Part shown: piece by piece, positions 55,491 through 64,000 of the stretch
Layout of the letters: each line of letters opens with the position of its first letter
How positions within the stretch are numbered: the stretch's first letter is position 1
Origin: Gemmatimonadaceae bacterium
GTDB taxonomy: Bacteria > Gemmatimonadota > Gemmatimonadetes > Gemmatimonadales > Gemmatimonadaceae
Assembly: GCA_039924865.1 (NCBI GenBank)
Contig: JBDTAB010000163.1
Location: forward strand, 1,047 to 65,046
Reading direction: 5' to 3'
Length of the DNA: 64,000 bases
Position numbers and translations under genes: made by a program
The notes under the pieces: generated by a model
What the model saw: the letters and a program-made list of their open reading frames with translations, nothing else
Told to the model about the DNA's origin: nothing
The model's database searches: none

Positions 55491-56753
55491 CTAGCTCACG
55501 ACCTGTACCATTGCGTAATCGCGCGCGCCCTTGCGGAGCAGTACGTACGATCCCGCTAGCGGTGTGATGTCTCCGAATGCGAGCGTCGCGGCAACGCGGG
55601 CACCATTAACGTACGCACCCCCCTGTTCGGCAACACGCCTCGCCTCTCCCTTTGATTTTACGAGACCGGCGCGCACAAAAAGATCGGCGACCGTTACAGC
55701 CTCGGCTCTGTTCGCAGTGGCACCTGGCACCTCACGCGCCAGGGCGGCGAGCGCGGGCTCCGAAAGCAGCGTGATGTCGCCGCCGCCGAAGAGCGCTTGT
55801 GATACTTCGCGCGCAACCGATGCGGCTTTATCGCCGTGTACGCGGGACGTGATCTCGAACGCCAGCGCGGATTGCGACTCGCGACGCTCGGGGTGATCCA
55901 GAATCTCCTGCTCCAACCCGGAAATCGTCGAGCGGTCCATCAGCGTCATCATGCGCATGTACTTTCCGGCGTCACGATCATCCGTGCTCATCCAGAACTG
56001 ATAGAACCGATACGGTGATGTCAGTTCTGGGTCGAGCCATACCGCCCCTGCCTCTGTCTTCCCAAACTTCGCGCCCGAGGATGTGGTGAGAAGCGGAAAC
56101 GTCACTGCGTGTGCTTCCGCACCATCCATGCGACGAATCAGCTCGACACCAGCGGTCATGTTGCCCCACTGATCGCTACCGCCAACCTGAAGCGTGACTC
56201 CGTCACGCCGACGAAGTTCCACAAAATCGTACGCCTGCAGCAGCATGTACGAAAATTCGGTGTACGAGATGCCCGCTTCCATTCGTGACTTTACCGAATC
56301 CTTGGCCATCATGTAGTTCACGGTCAGGTGCTTGCCCACATCGCGCATGAACTCGATTGCGCTCAGTTTGAGAAGCCACTCCGCATTGTTGCGCAACATC
56401 CCGCGGGCCGAGCTCGAGAAATCCAGAAAGCGGGAGAGTTGCGCGCCGATCGATTCGGTGTTTGCCATCACCTGGTCCACGCTCTGGAGCGTCCGTTCAG
56501 TCGTCTTGCCACTGGGATCGCCAATCATGCCGGTGCCTCCACCAACCAGTGCGCAGGCACGATGACCTGTGCGCTGCAGGTGGACCAGTCCCATGATCGG
56601 TACCAGGCTGCCAACGTGCAGGGACGCAGCGGTAGGATCAAACCCGGCGTAGCCGGCGATACTGGCGGAAGCGAGCGCTTTGGAGGCGCCTTCGGTCTGC
56701 TGTACGAGCATCCCGCGCCATTCAAGCTCGGACAGGAAATCGGATTCTGACAT
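55491..56753 (-). CDS. tyrS: Tyrosyl-tRNA synthetase
   Basis: HVGSL (HIGH-type) and KFGKT (KMSKS-type) motifs, plus a C-terminal S4-like domain. 420 aa. Confidence 0.93.
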   Translation of the reverse strand: MSESDFLSELEWRGMLVQQTEGASKALASASIAGYAGFDPTAASLHVGSLVPIMGLVHLQRTGHRACALVGGGTGMIGDPSGKTTERTLQSVDQVMANTESIGAQLSRFLDFSSSARGMLRNNAEWLLKLSAIEFMRDVGKHLTVNYMMAKDSVKSRMEAGISYTEFSYMLLQAYDFVELRRRDGVTLQVGGSDQWGNMTAGVELIRRMDGAEAHAVTFPLLTTSSGAKFGKTEAGAVWLDPELTSPYRFYQFWMSTDDRDAGKYMRMMTLMDRSTISGLEQEILDHPERRESQSALAFEITSRVHGDKAASVAREVSQALFGGGDITLLSEPALAALAREVPGATANRAEAVTVADLFVRAGLVKSKGEARRVAEQGGAYVNGARVAATLAFGDITPLAGSYVLLRKGARDYAMVQVVS

Positions 56754-56813
56754 CGCGGGTAATATAGACTCTCAACGGCCGGCAGACTCGCCGCCCCGCC
56801 TTAAATTCATCGC

Positions 56814-59111
56814 ATGGCTGGTACAAAAAAGAAAGCCGGGACGCCTTCGATCTGGAGGCGCCACCCGACAGCGTTTCGCATGCTCCTGGTCCTCACCATT
56901 CTCGTGGTGACGTTCAGCGTCGGACTATTGTACAGCGCCTGGGTACTGGTCTGTGAAGGTGACCGTTGCCCTTCTGTCCAGACTCTCGATGAGTACACGC
57001 CAAAGCAGACTTCAAAGCTCTTCGCCGTAGACGGCCGTTTCATCGCCGAGCTCGGCACGGAGCGCCGCACACTCGTTAGCCTCAGCGAGATCCCCAAAGT
57101 CGTGCAGGACGCGTTCGTCGTTACCGAAGACAAGCGCTTCTACCAGCACTCCGGCATCGACTGGTACAGGGCGGTGGGTGCGCTCGTACACAACATCCGG
57201 AGCCTGCATTATTCTCAGGGCTTCTCGACCATCACGATGCAGCTCGCGCGCAATATCTTCCCGGAACGCATCTCGCGCGACAAGAACATCATCCGAAAGA
57301 TCAAGGAAGCCAAGGTTGCGCGCGAGATCGAATCGAAATACAGCAAGGCGAAGATTCTCGAGCTGTATCTCAACCAGATCAATCTCGGAAACGGCGCGTA
57401 CGGCGTTGAGACGGCGTCCCAACGATACTTCGGGAAGTCAGTGCGCGATCTCAACATTGCCGAGGCCGCGACACTCGCTGCGCTTCCCAAGGCGCCGGAA
57501 CGTTACAATCCTCGGCGCTACCCCGATCGCGCAATTCAGCGTCGCAACACCATCATCGAGCTCATGCGGGAGAACGGCGCAATTTCAGATGCCGACGCCA
57601 GCCTCGCCAAGGCATACCCGCTCCGACTTGCAACGAAGGTCGAATCGGGTGAAACAGCTCCCTACTTTGTGGAGTGGATTCGCCAGCAACTTGACGCTCA
57701 GTTCGGTCGCCAGTTGTACACGCAAGGGCTCAACGTCTACACGACGCTCGATCTCGACATGCAAACTGCAGCGGAGCGCGGAATGGAACGCCAGCTCCGC
57801 GCAATCGAAGGCGGAAAATTCGGGAAGTACAATCATGAGAGCTACGAGGAGTACGTTGCGAAGCTGTCGACTGGCGAATCGGGTACTGGGACATCCCCGT
57901 ATCTGCAGGGCGCATTCGTGGCGCTAGATCCGCGTACCGGCGGTGTTCGCGCCATGATCGGTGGTCGCGACTTCTTCGATTCAAAATTCAATCGCGCGAC
58001 GCAGGCGCTCAGGCAGCCCGGCTCCACGTTCAAGCCAATCGTCTACGCTGCCGCGGTGCAGGCCGGCAAGCCCGCGTCATACATCATTGACGACTCGCCT
58101 GTAGAAGTTCCGCAGGTAGACGGAACGGTGTGGCGTCCGCAGAACTACGATATGAAGTTCCTGGGGCCCATGACGATGCGGCGCGGGCTGTACCAGTCGC
58201 GCAACATCATCGCTGTCAAGACCGGCATGGAGCTGGGGCCGCAAGCAGTGATCAACGAAGCGCGCAACTTCGGTATCTCCACCCCGATTCCGCCATATCC
58301 GTCGATTTACATCGGGTCTGCCGACGTCATTCCACTCCAGCTCATTGCCGGCTACTCTGCTTTCGCCACACTCGGCATCCGCGCCCAGCCCACCGGCATC
58401 CTTCGCGTCGAGAACTCGCATCATCAGGTTATCTGGCAGCCGCCTGCGCCACGGACTCAGGTCATGACACCGGAGGAGGCGTGGATCATGGTGAGCATGA
58501 TGAAGGATGTGATCCAGCGCGGGACCGCTTACGGAAGCGTCTGGAGCGCCGGGTTTCACATTCCGGCCGGCGGCAAAACCGGCACCACCAACGACGGGAC
58601 CAACGTCTGGTTCATCGGTTATACCGCTGACCTCGTCGCAGGCGTCTGGATGGGATTCGATCACCCGCAGACGATCAAGTCAAACGCCCAGGGCGGTCTC
58701 CTCGCGGCGCCCGCGTGGACATCCTTCATGACCGAGGTCTACAGCCGCAAGCCGGCGCCGCCCGACTGGCCCAGACCGTACGACATAACCACCCGGGAAA
58801 TTGACCCGAACACCGGTCTGCTCTGGACTCCCTCGTGCGGCGATCCTGCTGTGACCGAGTATTACGTACCGGGCACCGAACCGGTCAATGAATGCTCGCC
58901 GTACGCCATGCCGCCCGGTTCTCTCCCGTATAGTTCGCCAAACAGCACACCCGGCGCCGTTCCGCCCGGTGTCCCGGCTGTAATACCTCCGCGAACACCC
59001 GTTCGAGAACCGATTCGACCCTTTACCGAGACGCCACGGAACCCGCAGCCGCGTTATCCGCTCAGGTCGCCACCGACCAGAGACACGAGCCATAGGAGAC
59101 CGTTGCGCTGA
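56814..59111 (+). CDS. mrcA: Penicillin-binding protein 1A (bifunctional transglycosylase/transpeptidase)
   Basis: GT51 motifs EDKRFYQHSGID and RKIKEAKVA. Transpeptidase motifs STFKP, SRN and KTGTT. Pro-rich C-terminal tail. 765 aa. Confidence 0.92.
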   Translation: MAGTKKKAGTPSIWRRHPTAFRMLLVLTILVVTFSVGLLYSAWVLVCEGDRCPSVQTLDEYTPKQTSKLFAVDGRFIAELGTERRTLVSLSEIPKVVQDAFVVTEDKRFYQHSGIDWYRAVGALVHNIRSLHYSQGFSTITMQLARNIFPERISRDKNIIRKIKEAKVAREIESKYSKAKILELYLNQINLGNGAYGVETASQRYFGKSVRDLNIAEAATLAALPKAPERYNPRRYPDRAIQRRNTIIELMRENGAISDADASLAKAYPLRLATKVESGETAPYFVEWIRQQLDAQFGRQLYTQGLNVYTTLDLDMQTAAERGMERQLRAIEGGKFGKYNHESYEEYVAKLSTGESGTGTSPYLQGAFVALDPRTGGVRAMIGGRDFFDSKFNRATQALRQPGSTFKPIVYAAAVQAGKPASYIIDDSPVEVPQVDGTVWRPQNYDMKFLGPMTMRRGLYQSRNIIAVKTGMELGPQAVINEARNFGISTPIPPYPSIYIGSADVIPLQLIAGYSAFATLGIRAQPTGILRVENSHHQVIWQPPAPRTQVMTPEEAWIMVSMMKDVIQRGTAYGSVWSAGFHIPAGGKTGTTNDGTNVWFIGYTADLVAGVWMGFDHPQTIKSNAQGGLLAAPAWTSFMTEVYSRKPAPPDWPRPYDITTREIDPNTGLLWTPSCGDPAVTEYYVPGTEPVNECSPYAMPPGSLPYSSPNSTPGAVPPGVPAVIPPRTPVREPIRPFTETPRNPQPRYPLRSPPTRDTSHRRPLR

Positions 59112-59161
59112 GAATTCCACAGACTTTCGAAGCATGACGCGAAGCTGCAGTATGCGACTCT

Positions 59162-59197
59162 GGAGCGTACCCCGGAGCGTTCCCCGGAGCGTTCCCC
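59162..59197. repeat. Three tandem 12-bp repeats in the mrcA-ilvE intergenic region
   Basis: GGAGCGTACCCC GGAGCGTTCCCC GGAGCGTTCCCC, followed by the hairpin-capable CCGCGGTGGGACCCTCGCGG, about 50 nt upstream of the ilvE ATG. Confidence 0.8.
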
Positions 59198-59244
59198 GCG
59201 GTGGGACCCTCGCGGCAGGCCGTTGCAATCCCTTAGTTTAGGAC

Positions 59245-60174
59245 ATGAATTCGCACAAAATCTGGCGCGACGGAGTGCTCGTCGGTTGGCAGGACGCGAC
59301 GATCCACGTCATGAGCCATGCGGTCCACTATGGGTCTTCGGTGTTCGAAGGGATACGATGCTACAGCACCCCCGACGGACCCGCGATATTCCGGGCGGTA
59401 GACCACATGCGTCGGTTTCACGATTCCTGCCGTATATACCGGATGCCGATGCGTCACTCCATTGACGCGCTTGTCACCGCGTGCGGAGAGGTAGTCGCCG
59501 AGAACGAGTTGAAGGCCTGTTATCTGAGACCGGTTGCGATACGCACCGGAGAGGAAATGGGTGTGCTGGCGCAGAATGCGCCCGTCGAAACTTTCGTCAT
59601 TCCGTGGGTATGGGGGCGATATCTCGGCAACGAAGCGCTCGAGCAGGGAGTCGATGTCTGTGTATCGAGTTGGCGAAGGCCGAGCCCGGATACCATGCCG
59701 ATGCTCGCCAAGGCTGGCGGCAACTATCTCAACTCGCAACTCTCCAAGATGGAAGCGCGCGCGAGTGGATTCGTCGAAGGGATCATGCTCGATTCGTTCG
59801 GGTACGTTGCAGAAGGGAGCGGTGAAAATCTGTTCGCTGTCCGCGACGGTATTGTCTACACGCCCACGATGGCGTCGTCAATTCTGAACGGAATCACGCG
59901 CGACTCGGTTATCCGTATTGCGCAGGATCTGGGATACAAGGTGTCGGAGCAGGCCATTCCGAGAGAAATGCTGTATATCGCGGACGAAGCATTTTTCACC
60001 GGCACAGCAGCTGAATTGACGCCAATCAGATCGGTCGACAAGATAGAGGTCGGCACTGGAAAACCGGGACCGATAACGCTCGCGATTCAGGAAGTTTACA
60101 TGGGCATCGCCACGGGGAAGATGCCCGACAGGTACGGCTGGCTCACTCGCGTGGAGAGTCGAGTCACGGCCTGA
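59245..60174 (+). CDS. ilvE: Branched-chain amino acid aminotransferase
   Basis: Fold-type IV PLP enzyme sequence (SSVFEGIRCY, AKAGGNYLNSQL, EGSGENLF, FFTGTAAELTPI). 309 aa. Confidence 0.92.
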   Translation: MNSHKIWRDGVLVGWQDATIHVMSHAVHYGSSVFEGIRCYSTPDGPAIFRAVDHMRRFHDSCRIYRMPMRHSIDALVTACGEVVAENELKACYLRPVAIRTGEEMGVLAQNAPVETFVIPWVWGRYLGNEALEQGVDVCVSSWRRPSPDTMPMLAKAGGNYLNSQLSKMEARASGFVEGIMLDSFGYVAEGSGENLFAVRDGIVYTPTMASSILNGITRDSVIRIAQDLGYKVSEQAIPREMLYIADEAFFTGTAAELTPIRSVDKIEVGTGKPGPITLAIQEVYMGIATGKMPDRYGWLTRVESRVTA

Positions 60175-60253
60175 GATAAGTACGTGCGGGGCGGGGACGG
60201 CGGTCTTCGCCCCGCACCGCTTAACGCGTGTCGCCTTGCGCGACAGGGAGATT

Positions 60254-60832
60254 ATGAGCACCGGTTGCCTTGCTCTGAACGCCTCGTTCGAACCTCTGAC
60301 GATGGTTCCGGTACGTCGTGCGCTCCGGCTGCTGCTCGACGGCAAGGCGGAGATAATCGAAACTGATGCGAACAAGCTGATTCGTTCCGAGCGTCTCTCG
60401 ATGCCCCATCCGGCGGTCATTCGGCTCACGCGCTTCATTCACGTCCCGCGCAAGTTCCGTCGGCAGGTCACCAACACGTTTCTCTTTGCGCGCGACCGCT
60501 ACACGTGCCAGTTCTGCGGCCGCAAGCAGTCGGCCCTCAAGGGACGTGAATCGCTGACGCGTGATCATCTCATCCCACTTTCGCGCGGCGGCCTGAACAT
60601 ATGGACCAACGTCGTCACGGCGTGCAGTCCCTGCAACACGCGCAAGGCGAACCGTCTCCCGACGGAGATCGGCATGCACCCGTTGGTAATGCCGTATGAG
60701 CCCCACTTCGTGCAACTCGCCTGGGCAGTGCGGCGCCTGACGCCGACGCAGGCCAAGTACATCGAGATTTTCTACGGACGAGCAACACTCGACGATCTCA
60801 AGTCAATCGACGCCACGCTGATCGCGAGTTAG
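60254..60832 (+). CDS. HNH endonuclease-family protein
   Basis: CQFCG...TRDHLIPLSRGG...NVVTACSPCNTRKANR (HNH with a CxxC...CxxC zinc site). ATG 60254 is preceded by GGGAG. The ORF-track TTG start is at 60236. Confidence 0.8.
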   Translation: MSTGCLALNASFEPLTMVPVRRALRLLLDGKAEIIETDANKLIRSERLSMPHPAVIRLTRFIHVPRKFRRQVTNTFLFARDRYTCQFCGRKQSALKGRESLTRDHLIPLSRGGLNIWTNVVTACSPCNTRKANRLPTEIGMHPLVMPYEPHFVQLAWAVRRLTPTQAKYIEIFYGRATLDDLKSIDATLIAS

Positions 60833-61006
60833 CCACCGGCGGGCTCAACCCCACGGCTAGCAGTCATTCTGACCGTGCTGGGACAGCCGGCGTAACCCGG
60901 AGCCGGGGTGGCCCCATCTCTGGCGTCCCGCTGACCGGCCACTCACAGCTCCGAAAAACCATTGGTCCCGCCTGCGGTATTTGGAACGTCCGGGCTATCT
61001 TTCAGC

Positions 61007-62305
61007 ATGACCCAATTCGCTGATCGAATCGCATCGCTCGGCACCGAAAACGCATTCAGTGTCGGCGCCGACATAGCCAAGGTCTCCGCCCGCGGCGTAG
61101 ACGTAGTAAAACTCAATATCGGTGAGCCGGACTTCGATAGTGCGCCTCACATCAATGAGGCCGCGATCTCGGAGATCCGGCGCGGTAATACACACTACTG
61201 CGACCCGCAGGGAGTGATCGGGCTGCGCGAGGCGATCTGTGATCACCTCCAGCGCAGCCGCGGACTCCACGTCACGCCGGATCGCGTGGTCGTCACGACC
61301 GGGGGCAAGCCGGGAATAGGGTTCACGATCCAGACGTACGTGAATCCCGGCGACGAAGTGATATATCCCAGCCCGGGATTTCCCATCTACGAGTCGTGGA
61401 TCACCTACGCCGGCGCCAAACCCGTGCCACTGCACCTGCGTGAAGAAACGGGGTTCACTTTCACGCCAGACGACCTGGCGCGGCTCATTACTCCGCGCAC
61501 CCGTGCCATCTTCCTCTGCTCGCCGTCCAATCCAACTGGCGGTGTACTGTCCAAGGATGAGCTCGCAGGCATCGCCCGTGTCATCGTCGAGAAGGCTCCG
61601 TCGGATGTACGCGTGTATTCCGATGAGATTTACGAACAGATCCTTTTTGACGGTGCGGAACACCACAGCATCGCGGTCGAGCCCGGCATGGAAGAGCGCA
61701 CGATAATCTCTTCTGGTCACTCCAAAGGGTATGCGATGACCGGCTGGCGACTCGGCTTCACCGTGCTGCCAACAGCCGCTGAAGCCGCGATCTTCAAGCA
61801 GCTCACGATCAACACTGTTTCGTGCGTGCCGCCGTTCATCCAGGAAGCTGGACGAGTCGCGCTCAGCAGCCCCGAGTCGATACCTGAAATCGCGCGCATG
61901 GTTGCCGCGTTCCAGGAACGTCGCGACTGGATCGTGCCAACGCTCAACAGCATGTCCGGAATCCGGTGCCAGAACCCGAAAGGCGCATTTTACGTTTTCC
62001 CCAACGTATCCGGATTGGTCAAGCAGTTGGGTATCGTCGATGCGTACAATGCTCTGCCGGCTGACCGTCGCGCGCGCACGTCACCTTCGTCGATGCTGCA
62101 GATGTTCCTGCTGTATAGCTACGGAGTCGCAACGATGGACCGCAACTCCTTCGGAAAGATCGGCACCGAAGGACAGCACTTCTTGAGGCTCTCCATAGCA
62201 ACGAGCCTGGACCGGCTCAAGGAAGGCATCTCAAGAATCAAGACCGCCTCCACGGACAACGCCGGCTTCCTGCGATTCATGGAAGAGGAAAAGCTCTACA
62301 GTTGA
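61007..62305 (+). CDS. Class I PLP-dependent aminotransferase (aspartate-aminotransferase-like)
   Basis: LNIGEPDFDSAP, SPSNPTGGVL and the PLP-lysine region SSGHSKGYAMTGWRLGF. Start ATG 61007. The ORF-track start is 60962. Confidence 0.85.
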   Translation: MTQFADRIASLGTENAFSVGADIAKVSARGVDVVKLNIGEPDFDSAPHINEAAISEIRRGNTHYCDPQGVIGLREAICDHLQRSRGLHVTPDRVVVTTGGKPGIGFTIQTYVNPGDEVIYPSPGFPIYESWITYAGAKPVPLHLREETGFTFTPDDLARLITPRTRAIFLCSPSNPTGGVLSKDELAGIARVIVEKAPSDVRVYSDEIYEQILFDGAEHHSIAVEPGMEERTIISSGHSKGYAMTGWRLGFTVLPTAAEAAIFKQLTINTVSCVPPFIQEAGRVALSSPESIPEIARMVAAFQERRDWIVPTLNSMSGIRCQNPKGAFYVFPNVSGLVKQLGIVDAYNALPADRRARTSPSSMLQMFLLYSYGVATMDRNSFGKIGTEGQHFLRLSIATSLDRLKEGISRIKTASTDNAGFLRFMEEEKLYS

Positions 62306-62333
62306 TCGTCTCAACACCCAAACAAATGGTGGT

Positions 62334-63389
62334 ATGAACAAGAAACACGTATTCATCACGCGGCGGATTCCTGACGTCGCTACTCCGATACTGCGCGATG
62401 CGGGTGCAACGATCACTGTTGGTCAGACCGACGAGGAGAAAGGGCTCACCCCACAGCAGATCATCGACGGCGTCAAGTCGGCCGATGTGCTGCTGTCGTT
62501 GTTGACTGAACCAGTTACACGCGAAGTTCTCAGCGCGAATCCGCACTTGCTCGGAGTTGCGAACTACGCTGTGGGATTCAACAACGTGGATGTCAAAGCC
62601 GCAACCGAGCTCGGCATTCCGGTTACAAATACGCCGGGAATCCTGACGGACACAACCGCAGATCTCTCCTGGGCACTCATACTCGGCGCGGCTCGTCGCC
62701 TCGTCGAAGCCCATGAATACATGGTCGCCAATCGATACAAGCTCTGGGGGCCGAATCTGTTCCTCGGCGGTGATGTGAGCCCCGGTGGAAGCGGCAAGCG
62801 CAAGGTGCTCGGTATTGTGGGCTATGGACGGATTGGAGCCGCGGTAGCAAAGCGCGCGATGGGCTTTGACATGGACGTCCTGGCATATGATCCGCACAAC
62901 CCCGACGCGATTGCCAAGGACGCGGCCGATCCGGCGCGCAACTTACGCGCGGTATCGCTCGGTGAGCTGCTACGTGAGAGCGACTTCGTGTCGCTTCATC
63001 CGCTGCTGACACCCGAGACACGACACATGATCGGCGAGCGCGAGCTGGCGATGATGAAGCCGACCGCGTATCTGATCAACGTCGCCCGTGGTCCCGTTGT
63101 CGACGAGGCCGCGCTCGTTCGCGCGCTTCAGAGCAACGTGATCGCCGGCGCCGCACTCGACGTTTTCGAGGAGGAGCCGCTCATGGCAGCCGGACTCGCG
63201 GAATGTCGCAATGCGCTTCTCGTTCCGCACATCGCGAGCGGCAGCCAGGACACGCGCGACAGGATGGCAGTGATGGCCGCGACCAACGTCGTCGCGCATA
63301 TCAACGGGACGCGTGCGCCAAATGTCGTCAACCCCGAGGTATACGACACTGCTGCCTATACCGCGCGGAGAAGCGCCGCTAGCGCTTGA
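62334..63389 (+). CDS. D-isomer-specific 2-hydroxyacid dehydrogenase (glyoxylate/hydroxypyruvate reductase-like)
   Basis: NAD motif GIVGYGRIGAAVAKRA and the catalytic regions NVARGPVVDE and VPHIASGS. 351 aa. Confidence 0.88.
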   Translation: MNKKHVFITRRIPDVATPILRDAGATITVGQTDEEKGLTPQQIIDGVKSADVLLSLLTEPVTREVLSANPHLLGVANYAVGFNNVDVKAATELGIPVTNTPGILTDTTADLSWALILGAARRLVEAHEYMVANRYKLWGPNLFLGGDVSPGGSGKRKVLGIVGYGRIGAAVAKRAMGFDMDVLAYDPHNPDAIAKDAADPARNLRAVSLGELLRESDFVSLHPLLTPETRHMIGERELAMMKPTAYLINVARGPVVDEAALVRALQSNVIAGAALDVFEEEPLMAAGLAECRNALLVPHIASGSQDTRDRMAVMAATNVVAHINGTRAPNVVNPEVYDTAAYTARRSAASA

Positions 63390-63396
63390 CGCCCAC

Positions 63397-64000
63397 TTGA
63401 GCGAGAACATCCGCAGAGACGCGGTAACGTGCGCACTCGCCGGGATCGCAGCCTCTGATCCCGGCGACCTCGTACGCAGCGCCATGGAGCAGCACAAGGC
63501 GCAATTCGAGTTCCAGGGTGGCTTGCGACTTGTCGCGGTCGGAAAGGCGGCCGGCTCCATGGCAACTGCAATGCTCGAATTGCTCGGAGATCGGATTGCG
63601 GAAGGTGTCCTGATCTCTTCGCAGCCTGTCACCATTGCCGGCTCGATCCGTTCTTTCGTAGGCGGTCATCCACTCCCCAACGAACAGGGAGTTGCTGGAG
63701 CACGTGCCATCGCGTCGATGGTTCGCGGTCTCGGCGCCACCGACACGGTGCTCTGTCTGATCTCCGGCGGTGCGTCGTCGCTGATGACGCTTCCTCCAGA
63801 CGGGATCACGGTAGACGACATCGTCGCGACCACCAAACTGCTGCTCCGCGCAGGCGCGACAATCGACGAGTTCAATTGTGTGCGCAAGCATCTCGACATG
63901 CTCAAGGGTGGCCGACTTGCAGCGCTCGCCTACCCGGCACGAGTTGTTGCACTGGTACTGTCAGACGTGGTTGGAAACTCGCTCAGCACGATCGCTTCTG
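63397..64000 (+). CDS. Glycerate 2-kinase (MOFRL/DUF4147 family), 5' part running off the window end
   Basis: Absent from the ORF track (open at the window edge). Translation: LSENIRRDAVTCALAGIAASDPGDLV...LVAVGKAAGSMA...FVGGHPLPNEQG...CLISGGASSLM...INCVRKHLS-type DEFNCVRKHLDMLKGGRLA. TTG 63397 is a tentative start. Confidence 0.75.
   Translation, partial: MSENIRRDAVTCALAGIAASDPGDLVRSAMEQHKAQFEFQGGLRLVAVGKAAGSMATAMLELLGDRIAEGVLISSQPVTIAGSIRSFVGGHPLPNEQGVAGARAIASMVRGLGATDTVLCLISGGASSLMTLPPDGITVDDIVATTKLLLRAGATIDEFNCVRKHLDMLKGGRLAALAYPARVVALVLSDVVGNSLSTIAS

Noticed and set aside
60833-61006. GC-rich 174-nt intergenic region upstream of the aminotransferase, with nested stems (GGGAC...GUCCC enclosing GCCGG...CUGGC).
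   Set aside because: It matches no riboswitch or sRNA core I know. Stems of this size arise readily by chance in GC-rich sequence. It could be re-examined with a covariance-model scan.

Overview
GC-rich bacterial chromosomal window (by eye about two-thirds G+C, not computed). It is densely coding, with many 1-11 nt start/stop overlaps. Gene content suggests a Gemmatimonadota-like or other FCB-group organism: a compact primary sigma factor, a PorX-like regulator and a possibly lipidated TamA. This placement is tentative and untested.

I support about 60 CDS:
- A glycolate oxidase operon (glcDEF with a lipid kinase and a YgfZ-like gene).
- rpoD-like sigma factor, aroB, and a PduO-type adenosyltransferase.
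- A peptide ABC transporter fragment.
- A tamA/tamB operon with a second lipid kinase translationally coupled to tamB.
- A long minus-strand housekeeping array: lgt, tsaD, tlpA, rpe, PASTA protein, rsmB, fmt, def, yajC, tgt, queA, ruvB, aminotransferase, ruvA, ruvC, yebC.
- A PorX-like response regulator followed by msbA, four glycosyltransferases and an lpxL-like acyltransferase.
- msrA, tyrS, PBP1A, ilvE, an HNH nuclease, an aminotransferase, and a glyoxylate/hydroxypyruvate reductase with glycerate kinase.

No rRNA, tRNA, CRISPR array or transposase was recognised.

The most interesting locus is a five-gene, translationally coupled operon at 21221-27078. It encodes a carrier protein, an ACAD-like flavoprotein, an aaRS-like amino acid:[carrier protein] ligase, a DUF1839-like protein and a cytoplasmic GH2 glycosidase. 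The ligase family is biochemically known, but its pathway and product are not.

Secondary leads:
- A sensor-less, GAFTGA-less AAA+ activator coupled to a B-box-like zinc protein and an SH3-NlpC/P60 peptidase.
- tamB coupled to a lipid kinase.
- A 690-bp non-coding, lower-GC gap that splits the fmt-rsmB operon and carries a plus-strand terminator.
- A cluster of palindromic REP-like repeats.

All calls come from reading translations and motifs by eye. No database search was run.
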